A stretch of 64,000 bases of DNA, taken from the NCBI GenBank assembly GCA_039630505.1, contig JBCNUV010000023.1, positions 52,670 to 116,669 of the forward strand. Reading direction: 5' to 3'. A model generated the notes under the pieces. It was not told the DNA's origin. It worked only from the letters and a program-made list of their open reading frames with translations, and searched no databases. This document shows positions 28,148 through 38,084 of the stretch, piece after piece; within the stretch, counting starts at the first letter, position 1, and each line of letters begins with the position of its first letter. The position numbers and the translations under genes were made by a program. This DNA is from Thermodesulfovibrio sp. (GTDB lineage: Bacteria; Nitrospirota; Thermodesulfovibrionia; Thermodesulfovibrionales; Thermodesulfovibrionaceae).

Positions 28148-28885
28148 ATGAAAGGACAAACAGCTGTAATAACTGGAGCTTCAAGAGGAATAGGAAGAAC
28201 TACAGCTGAGGAATTTGCTAAAAGGGGAGTTAATGTTGTAATTGCTGATATAGATAAAGAAAATGCAGAAAAAGCTGCTAATGAGATTAAATCCCTTTAT
28301 GGTGTTGAAACATTAGGAATAAAAGCTGATGTATCTAATCCAGAAGATGTAAAAGCTTTATTTGAAGAAACAGTTAAAAAGTTTTCAAAGATTGAAATTC
28401 TTGTAAATAATGCAGGTATAACAAGAGATAATCTTCTTATAAAGATGAAAGAAGAAGAATGGGATTCTGTTTTAAATATAAATCTTAAAGGAGCTTTTCT
28501 TTGTTCAAGGGAAGCTGTAAAAATTATGTCAAAAAACAGATATGGAAGAATTATAAATATTTCTTCTGTTGTAGCTTTCATAGGAAATCCTGGTCAAGTT
28601 AACTACTCAGCATCAAAGGCTGGATTAGTAGCTTTAACTAAAACCTTAGCTAAAGAATATGCCTCAAGAGGAATAACTGTGAATGCAGTGGCACCAGGCT
28701 TTATTCAAACAGCTATGACAGAACAACTTCCAGAAAAAGTCAAGGAAGAAATGTTAAGAATGATTCCACTTGGAAGATTTGGGACGACCTATGATGTTTC
28801 AAATGCTATAATATTTCTGGCTTTGCCAGAATCAGGATATATAACAGGGCAAGTAATTCATGTAAATGGTGGAATGTACATGTAA
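28148..28885 (+). CDS. fabG: 3-oxoacyl-[ACP] reductase FabG
   Basis: 245 aa SDR. Motifs TGASRGIG, NNAG, YSASKAG, and a C-terminus ending IHVNGGMYM. Confidence 0.95.
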   Translation: MKGQTAVITGASRGIGRTTAEEFAKRGVNVVIADIDKENAEKAANEIKSLYGVETLGIKADVSNPEDVKALFEETVKKFSKIEILVNNAGITRDNLLIKMKEEEWDSVLNINLKGAFLCSREAVKIMSKNRYGRIINISSVVAFIGNPGQVNYSASKAGLVALTKTLAKEYASRGITVNAVAPGFIQTAMTEQLPEKVKEEMLRMIPLGRFGTTYDVSNAIIFLALPESGYITGQVIHVNGGMYM

Positions 28886-28906
28886 AAAAGAAAGAAGGAG
28901 GTAAGA

Positions 28907-29143
28907 ATGGTAGAAGAAAAAGTAAGAGAAATCATAGCAAAACAGCTTGGTGTTGATGTATCTCAGGTAACACCTGAGGCTTCATTTGTCGAGGATCTTG
29001 GTGCAGATTCTCTTGATACTGTTGAACTTGTTATGGCATTTGAAGAGGCTTTTGGAATCGAGATTCCTGATGAAGATGCAGAGAAGATCGTGAAAGTAAA
29101 AGACGCTATAGAGTACATAAAGAACAAAACTAATCAGGTGTAG
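28907..29143 (+). CDS. acpP: Acyl carrier protein
   Basis: 78 aa. [17 protein letters not shown] phosphopantetheine attachment motif. Confidence 0.97.
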   Translation: MVEEKVREIIAKQLGVDVSQVTPEASFVEDLGADSLDTVELVMAFEEAFGIEIPDEDAEKIVKVKDAIEYIKNKTNQV

Positions 29144-29149
29144 TGATTT

Positions 29150-30397
29150 ATGGGTAAAAGAAGAGTTGTTGTGACCGGGTTGGGAATGATTTCCCCTCTC
29201 GGTCTTGATGTTCAATCATCTTGGCAGGCAGCCATTCAAGGCAAATCAGGTGTGGGTTATATTACTCAATTTGATCCCACAAACTATCCAGTAAAGATAG
29301 CAGCTGAGGTTAAAGGTTTTGATCCTACAAACTATATTGAACCAAAAGAAGTAAAGAAAATGGATAGATTTATTCATTTTGCAATTGCTGCTACAGAAAT
29401 GGCAATCGCAGATTCACAGTTAAAGATTACTCCTGAAAACTCAGAAAGAATTGGAGTTGTTATAGGTTCTGGAATGGGGGGTCTTCCAGCAATTGAATAC
29501 TATCACAAGGTATTAATTGAAAAAGGCTGGAAAAGAATAAGTCCTTTCTTTATTCCTATGGTCATAGTTAATCTTGCAGCAGGACAGATCTCAATAAGAT
29601 ATGGAATAAAAGGTCCCAATATTGCTGTAACAACTGCTTGTGCTACAGGAAATCACTCAATCGGTGAAGCCTTCAGAATTATTCAATATGGTGATGCTGA
29701 TGTTATGATTGCTGGAGGAACAGAAGCTGTAATTACGCCAATGGCTATTGCTGGATTCTCTATAATGAGAGCCTTGTCAACAAGAAATGACGAACCAGAA
29801 AAAGCAAGTAGACCATTTGATATTGATAGAGATGGATTTGTAATGGGAGAAGGAGCAGGAATCCTTATTCTTGAAGAGCTTGGACATGCTATAAAGAGAG
29901 GAGCTAAGATATATGCAGAACTTGTAGGATATGGAATGAACTCAGATGCTTATCACATTACAGCACCTTCTCCTCGAGGAGAAGGAGGTGCAAGATGCAT
30001 GAAGATGGCTTTAAACGATGCTGGAATATCTCCAGAAGATATAGACTACATAAATGCTCATGGCACTTCTACAAAACAAGGAGATGAACTTGAGACGCAG
30101 GCTATAAAAGCAATATTTGGAGAACATGCATACAAGCTCTGTGTTAGCTCTACAAAATCCATGACAGGACATCTCTTAGGAGCAGCAGGTGGAGTAGAAG
30201 CTATATTTACTGTGTTAAGTATTTATGAAGGTATTATTCCTCCAACTATAAATCTTGACAATCCTGACCCTGAGTGTGATCTTGACTATGTGCCTTATAA
30301 AGCTAAGAAAAAAGAGATTAGATACGCTATGACAAACTCCTTTGGTTTTGGTGGAACCAATTCTTCACTGGTATTTAAAAAATTCACAGAGACCTAA
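29150..30397 (+). CDS. fabF: 3-oxoacyl-[ACP] synthase II FabF
   Basis: 415 aa. RRVVVTGLG, active-site [35 protein letters not shown]. Confidence 0.95.
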   Translation: MGKRRVVVTGLGMISPLGLDVQSSWQAAIQGKSGVGYITQFDPTNYPVKIAAEVKGFDPTNYIEPKEVKKMDRFIHFAIAATEMAIADSQLKITPENSERIGVVIGSGMGGLPAIEYYHKVLIEKGWKRISPFFIPMVIVNLAAGQISIRYGIKGPNIAVTTACATGNHSIGEAFRIIQYGDADVMIAGGTEAVITPMAIAGFSIMRALSTRNDEPEKASRPFDIDRDGFVMGEGAGILILEELGHAIKRGAKIYAELVGYGMNSDAYHITAPSPRGEGGARCMKMALNDAGISPEDIDYINAHGTSTKQGDELETQAIKAIFGEHAYKLCVSSTKSMTGHLLGAAGGVEAIFTVLSIYEGIIPPTINLDNPDPECDLDYVPYKAKKKEIRYAMTNSFGFGGTNSSLVFKKFTET

Positions 30398-31902
30398 ATC
30401 AGGTATTTGGCGATTATCTTATCATATCCGTAGATATCTTCAAAGAAATAAAGATTTGAGTCTTTAATGAGATTGGTAAAATAAAAAATATAAACGGATA
30501 TAGGTCTCTTTAAAGTAATATAGACAGTTTCTTCACTTTTTAAAATCTCACTCAGTTTCTTCTCATTGTAGTCTTTTATGGTATTGTTTTCAATTAAAAT
30601 TAGAGCTAATTTATGGGCTTTCTCAACTCTTATACATCCTGAGCTAAAAGTTCTTATTTTACGGAAAAAAAGATTTTTCTGTGGAGTATCATGCAAGTAA
30701 ACATCAAAATCATTAGGCATATAAAACTTTATTTTACCCAAAGCATTACTTTTTCCTGTCTTCTGAATAAGTTTGAAGTTAAAGTTTGTCTCATTTATTG
30801 TTGACCAGTCTATCTTCATTGGATCAATCTCTTCGCCATTTATATAGACTTTGATATTTTCTTTTATTAAATACTCAGGATTTTTCTTTATTTTTGGAAG
30901 TATGTCCTTTACTGCTATACTACGAGGAATATACCATTGTGGATTAAACACTATTTGCTTTATCTTACTATAAAGAAGAGGAGTAGGTCTAAAGTCTTCT
31001 TTGTAGTTTTTTCCAACTACTATACGACTATGAAGTAAAGTGTGTCCATTATCATATAAAACAAGCTCAAAAGAAGGAATATTAATCCATATGTATTTTT
31101 CTTCTAAAGTTTCGGGCAACCATCTATATTTTTCAAGATTTACTCTTATCTTTGTAATTCTATCCATAATCTTCATGTTTAAAGCCTTAGCAGTTTGTTT
31201 GCCTAAAATACCGTCTGCTTCCAAATTGTGAGTTTCCTGAAATTTCCTAATAGCTTTCTCTAACTTTTCATCGTAAAGATTAGACTCTATATAACTGTCT
31301 AAATATCCAAGAAGCCAAAGTATTCTTCTTACTTTGATAATTGATGGATGAACATCTCCAACTTTTAACTTTTCTTTTAGCTCTATCTTATCTAAGGCTT
31401 CCTTAGATTCAATCTCATAGTATTTCCTTAAATATTCCTTTAAATCTTTATATTCTTTATATTTTGGTCCGAGAGTTTCAAATAGTTCCTCCAATCTATC
31501 TTGCTTTATTAAATCTGCTAAAATTTTTATCACTTCATCCTTTTTCCTTGGAAAATCCCATTTTTCAAAAATCTTAGAAGGATTAACTTTTCCATAGTAA
31601 GTGTGGTATGCAAGTTTTATGAGAGTATGAGTAAGATTTAGTTCGTTTTCAATTAAAGAATTTGAGATTCTTATCTTATAGTCGTTAGGATTTAGTCCTT
31701 CATACTTTGATTTCTGAATTAAAATCTTTAAAGTCTCAATCCTTTTTTGATTCCAAATAGGTTGAAAATCAAAAAATTTATATAAAAGGTAAATTTTTTC
31801 ACAACTAAAGCGACTTAAAGAGCATCTATCTAAAGAAATGGCTGAAGCTTCAACATGAAAGACAAAAATGCTAAAGATAAGTAAAAACCATACTAACTTC
31901 AT
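30394..31902 (-). CDS. L,D-transpeptidase (YkuD/YcbB-like) with a peptidoglycan-binding domain
   Basis: 502 aa with a signal peptide. PG_binding_1-like [24 protein letters not shown]. YkuD catalytic motif HDTP ... SSGCIRV. Confidence 0.85.
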   Translation of the reverse strand: MKLVWFLLIFSIFVFHVEASAISLDRCSLSRFSCEKIYLLYKFFDFQPIWNQKRIETLKILIQKSKYEGLNPNDYKIRISNSLIENELNLTHTLIKLAYHTYYGKVNPSKIFEKWDFPRKKDEVIKILADLIKQDRLEELFETLGPKYKEYKDLKEYLRKYYEIESKEALDKIELKEKLKVGDVHPSIIKVRRILWLLGYLDSYIESNLYDEKLEKAIRKFQETHNLEADGILGKQTAKALNMKIMDRITKIRVNLEKYRWLPETLEEKYIWINIPSFELVLYDNGHTLLHSRIVVGKNYKEDFRPTPLLYSKIKQIVFNPQWYIPRSIAVKDILPKIKKNPEYLIKENIKVYINGEEIDPMKIDWSTINETNFNFKLIQKTGKSNALGKIKFYMPNDFDVYLHDTPQKNLFFRKIRTFSSGCIRVEKAHKLALILIENNTIKDYNEKKLSEILKSEETVYITLKRPISVYIFYFTNLIKDSNLYFFEDIYGYDKIIAKYLI

Positions 31903-32376
31903 AAATAAAATTTATCATAGTTTAAGAGGCAGTTGAAAACCTATAAAAAGTGAAAATTACAGGTTTTAATAGTGTCAAATAAGATTTCACTACAACGGTT
32001 ATTTTCTAAACCTGTTATCTTACCTTTCCCAGTATCTTTTTCTTCTTAATCATTAGTGCACATCAATGAAAAGCTTTTAAACTTTCATATTTGTCCATAA
32101 ATTATCAAAGGGATGAAACTCTGCACTTAGCTACTATTGTCCACAATGCTTACATAAGTTTATCTGAACTTACATACCTATTAAGAGTCCTTCTTATGTC
32201 TTAAGCAAACTCTCTTTTTCTTTAAGCTAAATTCCTTAAAGTCTGCCTATAATTTAATTCTAAGAGCTGTTGAGCTTGTCTGAGGCTTGATTACTTCTAA
32301 TAAACAAAGAAGGCTAACTTGTTTAGAAACTATGTGTCACATTTTAATATAGTAACCACAACCACAAAAATAGAGG

Positions 32377-32404
32377 TTGACTTTTTTTTATTTTTTTAAT
32401 ATTA
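32377..32404 (+). promoter_or_regulatory. Putative sigma70-type promoter for the TAXI-TRAP operon
   Basis: TTGACT, 16-nt T-rich spacer, TATTAT. About 20 nt upstream of a strong RBS (AAGGAGGGGGG) and the ATG at 32438. Confidence 0.4.
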
Positions 32405-32437
32405 TCATTAAGATTCTAAATAAGGAGGGGGGATAAG

Positions 32438-33448
32438 ATGAAAAAAAGTGTAGTCATGTTTCTGACCTTTTTTCTATGTTTTGTAATTTCTTTCGGATTT
32501 CTAACCACTGCAGAAGCCACAAAGAAATTTCATGTGAAATGGGGTGCTACATCTGTTCGCTCTGGACTTTATGCCAATACTGTTGCGATGGCAAAAGTAG
32601 TAAATAAGGCATATCCAGGTGAGATTGAAGTTACTGTTGTTGAAACTGGTGGATTTCTTGAAAATCTCTCAAGACTTCAAAGAAAGGCTATTCATATAGG
32701 TCCTGCTGATGCAGCAGCTGGATATGCAAACTATATGGGAATAATTGATTATCAAGGCAAACCCAATCCAAACTTGAGAACTCTATGGGGTGGGTATATT
32801 ACTCCTATTCATATTATAGTGGCTGAAAAAAGTGGAATAAAAGATGTAAGACAACTAAGTGGTGTTGATTTTGCTATGAACCCTGGAACAACATCTGGTA
32901 GAGTTATAGAGCTATTTTTCAAAGCTTTAAATATAACTCCTAACTACAAAATGATGGGAATTGGAGCAAGTGTTGATGCAATGAAGTCTGGTGTTGTAAA
33001 AGGTTGGTATAAAGCAGGATTTAAAGATTCAGCCATCCTTGATCTTGAGGCAAATATGGATATAAGAATACTTCCCGTTCCAAAACAACTTGTTGACCAA
33101 TTTAATAAAGTTTATCCAGGACAGGGATTAATAATGGACATTCCAGCAGGACTTTTTAAGAGCGTTAAAACTTCTCAGCCAAGCCTAGCCTATGTAGTAA
33201 CTGATTTTGTTGATAAAGATGTTCCCGAGGATGTTGTATTTAAGATTGTAAAAGCAGTATATGAAAATAGAAAAGAAATTGTAGGCGCCCTTGCAACTCT
33301 TAAAGAGGGAAACTTTGAAGACATGTTTGGTATGGCTGTAAAGTATATAAATGTTCCTCTTCATCCTGGTGCTGTTAAATTTTATAGAGATGTCCTAAAG
33401 TTGAAAATTCCTGACAAACTTATTCCTCCTGAGATGAAAAAAAGATAG
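32438..33448 (+). CDS. TRAP transporter solute receptor, TAXI family
   Basis: 336 aa with a signal peptide. TAXI-type blocks: G.YANTVAMAKVVNK, VVETGG ... ENL, and HPGAVKFYRD near the C-terminus. Confidence 0.85.
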   Translation: MKKSVVMFLTFFLCFVISFGFLTTAEATKKFHVKWGATSVRSGLYANTVAMAKVVNKAYPGEIEVTVVETGGFLENLSRLQRKAIHIGPADAAAGYANYMGIIDYQGKPNPNLRTLWGGYITPIHIIVAEKSGIKDVRQLSGVDFAMNPGTTSGRVIELFFKALNITPNYKMMGIGASVDAMKSGVVKGWYKAGFKDSAILDLEANMDIRILPVPKQLVDQFNKVYPGQGLIMDIPAGLFKSVKTSQPSLAYVVTDFVDKDVPEDVVFKIVKAVYENRKEIVGALATLKEGNFEDMFGMAVKYINVPLHPGAVKFYRDVLKLKIPDKLIPPEMKKR

Positions 33449-33459
33449 GAGGTTTTAAA

Positions 33460-33828
33460 ATGAAAGCAATGATAATAATTCTATCAACTTTTTTAGTAAT
33501 TACTTTTTTTCCTATTTTTATATTTGCTCAACCACAGGTTACAATTACACCTTCTAAGGGTGAACCTGCCACAGTAATAACAATTGAAGGAAAGGGTTTT
33601 AAACCAGACGAAGAGATTGACATTATAATAACACTTGATGAAGGAGAAAAAATAGCACTTGGCACAGAAAAAGTAGATATTATAAAAGCAGATGCCAATG
33701 GAACATTCTCGGTAAAATCAGGCATTCCAGTTAATGCAAAGCCTGGTAAGCATAAAATTGAAATTTTTGGAAACAAGGGAACTCAACTACAGACAACAAT
33801 AGAAGTTACACAGAAAGAAAAAAAATAA
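33460..33828 (+). CDS. Small secreted protein with a single Ig-like (beta-sandwich) domain
   Basis: 122 aa. Signal peptide (FIFAQP), then VTITPSKGEPATVITIEGKGFKPDEEIDI ... ADANGTFSV ... AKPGKHKIEI, an IPT/TIG-like strand pattern. Good RBS (AGGAGG). Confidence 0.5.
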   Translation: MKAMIIILSTFLVITFFPIFIFAQPQVTITPSKGEPATVITIEGKGFKPDEEIDIIITLDEGEKIALGTEKVDIIKADANGTFSVKSGIPVNAKPGKHKIEIFGNKGTQLQTTIEVTQKEKK

Positions 33829-33853
33829 AAATTCAGGAGGAAAAGGTTAAAAA

Positions 33854-35818
33854 GTGCGTGAACTCAGAGGTTTCTGGAAACTAATACTAAACATACTTGT
33901 TGGATTATGGGGAATATTTATTCTTTATACTGCTTTACTTGCCGCTCTGCATCCCCTTTTGCAGGGCGGTATCTCTCTTTCTATAGGACTTGCCATCGTA
34001 TTCTTAGTTTATCCCTTCTCAAAAAGAATGCTTAAATGGAATGTACCAAAAGTTTTCCAATATCTTCTAACTGGAACTCAAAATTCACCCTCTTTGCTTG
34101 ATCTTATATTTATTATTATTAGCCTTATTCCATGTATTTACATAATGATTCACTGGGAAGAAGTAGTAAGAAATCCAGGCGTTTTTGAGACCTATCATCT
34201 TGTATTAGCTGTTTTATTGATTATAGCTCTTATTGAAGGAACAAGAAGAGCTCTTGGACTGACAGTTCCTATACTTGTTTTGTTTTTCATTATATATACA
34301 ATAGCAGGTCCCCATATTCCAGGAAGATTTGCTCATCCAGGATTTAGTCTTACAGATATTCTCTATCAGCTTTATTTAATGACAGAGGGAATTTGGGGAC
34401 TTCTTACTGATATGGCAAGTAGAATAATAGCACCTTTTATAATTTTTGGTCCTATCCTATTTGCTACTGGTGTTGGTTCAACTGTTATGGAGCTTTCAAC
34501 ATACTTTGGCGGAAAAATAAGAGGTGGACCTGGACATGTAGCAGTAATATCAAGCTCTCTCTTTGGAATGCTTAGTGGCTCATCTGTAGCAAATGCTGCC
34601 ACAACTGGTTCTTTTACAATTCCTCTTATGAAGAAATTTGGATTCTCCCGTGCGTTTGCCTCTGCTGTAGAGGCAGCAGCCTCTTCTGGTGGACAGATAA
34701 TGCCTCCTATTATGGGTGCTGGATGCTTCATAATGGCAGAGTTTCTCAATATTCCATATACAAACATAATGATAGCTGGATTAATTCCAGCTGTGATATA
34801 TTTTGCAGGTATTGCAGCTGGTGTGTGGATTGAAGCTGGTAGAACAGGCATGGGTAAGCTTCCTAAGGAATTAATGCCAGATTTGAAAACTATTCTAAAA
34901 CCACAAAAAATTTTAAACTTTATACTTCCTATAGGTACTCTCGGTGTTTTACTTTTTATGTTCTTCCCTGCACAAATATGTGCAGCATGGGCAATTGTTG
35001 TATCAGTTGTTTATTACACATTTTTCGGAGGACCTCTTAAGAAAAAGGAAATTTTAAACAGAATAAAGACTATATGGGGAGGACTTTTTGAGGGAGTTGT
35101 AAAGGCTTTAGCATGGCTTATGATAATGATGGCATGTGTGCAGATTGCTGTAAGCCTGATATCTTTAACAGGATTTGGAGTAAAGGTTTCAGAGATAATT
35201 ATTGAGATCTCTGGCTATAATGTTTATCTTGCTCTAATAGCAACAATGCTTACAGCAATAATTCTTGGAATGGGCATGACAACAACCGCTGCCTATGTTA
35301 TAGCTGCTGCTGTTTTAGTTCCTGCACTTCAACAGATGGGAGTAAATCCCCTTGCTGCCCATCTATTCATTTTCTATTTTGCTATTAAGTCTGGATTAAC
35401 TCCCCCTGTTTGTATAACAGTATATACAACAACTGCCATTGCTGGAGGTAGTTGGTTAAGAGCTGCTTGGTATTCTATGAAGTTAGGAATTGGTGGGTAT
35501 ATAATGCCTTTCTTCTTCGTATTTGTTCCAGCCTATCTAATGAAAGGTTCTCCATGGGAGATTTTATTCATATTCATTGGTGCCTTTGTTGCTATGTTTG
35601 CCATTGAAGCAGGTGTTTTAGGTTACTGGACAAAACCTTCCACCCCCCTTGAAAGAGCCCTTTACATATCTGGTGGATTAATAATGATGGCACCTGGATA
35701 CTGGACATTTGTAGGATTAGCACTCTTTTTAATTGGACTTTTACTTGAAAAATTTGATGTCCAGATACCTGTTATTGCAAAAAGACCTGCACATGTCATT
35801 GTAAAACAAAAGGATTAA
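33854..35818 (+). CDS. TRAP transporter fused permease (DctQ/DctM fusion, TAXI-associated type)
   Basis: 654 aa, GTG start, more than 16 TM segments. DctM-like blocks: SSSLFGMLSGSSVANAATTGSFTIPLMKK, EAAASSGGQIMPPIMGAG. Confidence 0.9.
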   Translation: MRELRGFWKLILNILVGLWGIFILYTALLAALHPLLQGGISLSIGLAIVFLVYPFSKRMLKWNVPKVFQYLLTGTQNSPSLLDLIFIIISLIPCIYIMIHWEEVVRNPGVFETYHLVLAVLLIIALIEGTRRALGLTVPILVLFFIIYTIAGPHIPGRFAHPGFSLTDILYQLYLMTEGIWGLLTDMASRIIAPFIIFGPILFATGVGSTVMELSTYFGGKIRGGPGHVAVISSSLFGMLSGSSVANAATTGSFTIPLMKKFGFSRAFASAVEAAASSGGQIMPPIMGAGCFIMAEFLNIPYTNIMIAGLIPAVIYFAGIAAGVWIEAGRTGMGKLPKELMPDLKTILKPQKILNFILPIGTLGVLLFMFFPAQICAAWAIVVSVVYYTFFGGPLKKKEILNRIKTIWGGLFEGVVKALAWLMIMMACVQIAVSLISLTGFGVKVSEIIIEISGYNVYLALIATMLTAIILGMGMTTTAAYVIAAAVLVPALQQMGVNPLAAHLFIFYFAIKSGLTPPVCITVYTTTAIAGGSWLRAAWYSMKLGIGGYIMPFFFVFVPAYLMKGSPWEILFIFIGAFVAMFAIEAGVLGYWTKPSTPLERALYISGGLIMMAPGYWTFVGLALFLIGLLLEKFDVQIPVIAKRPAHVIVKQKD

Positions 35819-35822
35819 AAAT

Positions 35823-35852
35823 AAAAGCCTCAGGCATTAACCTGAGGCTTTT
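35823..35852. terminator. Bidirectional intrinsic terminator between convergent genes
   Basis: AAAAGCCTCAGG-CATTAA-CCTGAGGCTTTT, a 12-bp stem with A/T runs on both sides. The stop codon of the convergent hydrolase gene lies in the loop. Confidence 0.7.
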
Positions 35853-36433
35853 ATTTTTAATATTTCTTCAAAACCAATCCAATGGGATTTTGCTATCAAG
35901 AAAGTCTTAGCATAGGGATATAGGATTTTTAAATCTTCTAAAGCATTTATTGGTAAAATTTTATCATTTATACCCTGAATAAGAATAAGATTTGTTATTT
36001 CAGACTTTAAATTAGATACTTCAGAAGAAAGTAGAAACTCAAGTCCATTAATTAACTTTTTATAGTCAACTTTTTCAGGAAATAAGGGATTACATCCAGC
36101 ATTAACTAAAAAATCCTTTATAACCATTTCAGGTTCTGTCTGCATTTTTTGCATCATTCTCCTTATAATTCTTGGCTTCACATAATAAGTGAATTTTCTA
36201 AATCCTGCAATAACTATAATTTCTTTGAATCTTTCAGAAAAAAAGGACAGATTTTTCAAGATAATATGTCCTCCTGTAGACCATCCCACCAATGTATTAC
36301 CTGATTTATCTTTTAGAACTTTTATTATATCTTTTTCATCTAAGTCAATGAAGGGATTTATAAAATGCCAATCTTCTGGTATATCTCCTAAGGCTTCTTT
36401 AAAACCTGCCCAACCTGAGATGAAAAGATTCAC
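35837..36433 (-). CDS. Short alpha/beta-hydrolase-like protein (possible BioG/BioH-type esterase)
   Basis: 198 aa. LFISGWAG N-terminal strand and a GxSxG nucleophile elbow (GWSTGG). His near the C-terminus (KSHW). Functional assignment is speculative. Confidence 0.5.
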   Translation of the reverse strand: MNLFISGWAGFKEALGDIPEDWHFINPFIDLDEKDIIKVLKDKSGNTLVGWSTGGHIILKNLSFFSERFKEIIVIAGFRKFTYYVKPRIIRRMMQKMQTEPEMVIKDFLVNAGCNPLFPEKVDYKKLINGLEFLLSSEVSNLKSEITNLILIQGINDKILPINALEDLKILYPYAKTFLIAKSHWIGFEEILKIKASG

Positions 36434-37368
36434 TATTGATTGATTATTGCGACGGTTTGTTCAAAACAGTTATTCAACACTGTTGTACTTACACCACCTA
36501 AAATAATATCTCTAATTGGAGAACGACCTTTACGTCCCATTACTATAAGGTCATAGTTACCTTGTTGAATTTCCCTGATAATCTCATCCTTAGGAAAACC
36601 AACAGTACTTTTCGTAATTACTAAATCGGATGGTATTCCCTCATTAATAAATTTTCTTTTAGATTCAATAAGAATTTCTTCTGCTTCCATCTCTGGATCA
36701 ATTCCTTGTCTAAGTCTTTCAAGATATAATGATACATTTATTACTCTTAAAATAGTTATATTTTCTATATTTTTAACAACCTTAGCAAGAGATAAAACAT
36801 GCTCAACAGCCTTCATTGAGTACTCAGAACCATCAACAGGAATAAGAATCTTACCTATAGGTTTTTCTTCTGAAATTCTTTGTCCTATTATGTATATATT
36901 CTGATTTAAAAGACCATAAAGTATTTTTTCTGAGACACTACCAAGGATTATCTTTTTAAACTTTGACATCACCCTCCGGGCAAGCATGACTGTTTTGATA
37001 TCTTCAGTTGTTGATATTTCTATAATCTTACTACCAGGGTCTCCTATCTCCACTTGTTTTTTTATAGCTCCTAAGAAGCCTGTTGTTCTTATATATTTTT
37101 CGTAATCATCTAAAAATGGCATAATTTGTTCATTAATGTAATTTTCTACAAGTTTATCAGCAAAAACCTTATCTTGAATAATTACCATTTTAAAATCTAC
37201 ATTTTTAAGTTTTTCACTAATAGTTTCAAGAGGAATTACATTAAGAAGGGTAACTTCTATCTCTTTTTCTTCAATATATTTTAATAATGAACTTACAAAC
37301 CTTATTGCCTTCTTTGAGTTTTCACTTTTGTCTACAGGAAGCAATATTTTCTTAAAAACATTCTCCAT
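36433..37368 (-). CDS. Tandem universal stress protein (two UspA domains)
   Basis: 311 aa. Two repeats, each starting KILLPVD.SE.S..A and ending G(S/G)V(S)...: ILGSVSEKIL and MGRKGRSPIRDIILGGVSTTVL. Confidence 0.85.
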   Translation of the reverse strand: MENVFKKILLPVDKSENSKKAIRFVSSLLKYIEEKEIEVTLLNVIPLETISEKLKNVDFKMVIIQDKVFADKLVENYINEQIMPFLDDYEKYIRTTGFLGAIKKQVEIGDPGSKIIEISTTEDIKTVMLARRVMSKFKKIILGSVSEKILYGLLNQNIYIIGQRISEEKPIGKILIPVDGSEYSMKAVEHVLSLAKVVKNIENITILRVINVSLYLERLRQGIDPEMEAEEILIESKRKFINEGIPSDLVITKSTVGFPKDEIIREIQQGNYDLIVMGRKGRSPIRDIILGGVSTTVLNNCFEQTVAIINQ

Positions 37369-37369
37369 A

Positions 37370-38050
37370 CTAAAACTCCAAATTGATTTTTTTATTATCT
37401 ATAAAAATAAATGAATCCATTGGCACAACATAGTTTTTATCTAAATAATGCACCTGTATTCCTGAAACAATAGCATAAGTAATTTCATCTGCTTTAGCGA
37501 GAACATCCATAGTTTTTTCAATCTCATTAAAGCTTATCCGAAGAGCTATCTTAGTTAGTTCCATAAGATCAGGAATCTTATCAGATATCTCCCTTTTCAA
37601 CTTTTGGTTCACAAGATTTAACTCTGGATCTTCCTCTTCTTTGTCAGATTTTGACAATGTATTGAGAAATAATATAAGAGCTCCACAAGCAGTTGATTTT
37701 TCTATGCCTTTTCTTTTACAGAATCCTAAATTTCCATCTTTATCTATTCCTATATGGGTAAGTAAATAAAGAACACTTCTTTTTTCTTTTACTTCAGGAA
37801 GATGGCTTAAGAAAACCTTTAAACCTATTTGTCCAGATATATATACTCCTGCAAAACTTGAAAAATTAAAAAAAACTCCCCAATATTTTCTTATCTCTGG
37901 AAGAACGCTCTGACATATCTCATCTCTGCAAAGACAAACACCTGCTATTGTATTATGATAGCTAAATCCAAATTCCTTTAATCTTTCCGATGAAAGCTTT
38001 ATAAAATCTTTCTCTTTAAAATATCTATTAAAAAGTTTACTTAATATCAT
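37370..38050 (-). CDS. Conserved-looking orphan protein with a Cys/Asp ... His ... Cys pattern (function unknown; candidate metal site)
   Basis: 226 aa, soluble. C39-L-C41-R-D43-E44, H99 (LLTHIGID) and C122 (STACGAL). Its stop is 1 nt from the USP gene start, and it lies 34 nt downstream of the 600-aa antiporter-like subunit gene. Confidence 0.5.
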   Translation of the reverse strand: MILSKLFNRYFKEKDFIKLSSERLKEFGFSYHNTIAGVCLCRDEICQSVLPEIRKYWGVFFNFSSFAGVYISGQIGLKVFLSHLPEVKEKRSVLYLLTHIGIDKDGNLGFCKRKGIEKSTACGALILFLNTLSKSDKEEEDPELNLVNQKLKREISDKIPDLMELTKIALRISFNEIEKTMDVLAKADEITYAIVSGIQVHYLDKNYVVPMDSFIFIDNKKINLEF

Positions 38051-38084
38051 AATTGCTCAACTATTATATCATAAATTTTACTTT

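Noticed and set aside
34372-34851. 159-aa ORF antisense to the TRAP fused permease. Similar antisense ORFs occur at 4135-4485, 6562-6921, 48344-48691, 938-1246 and 28297-28581.
   Set aside because: Each lies wholly inside, and opposite to, a gene with strong family signatures. Their compositions are low-complexity mirror images of the sense frame, and none has an RBS.
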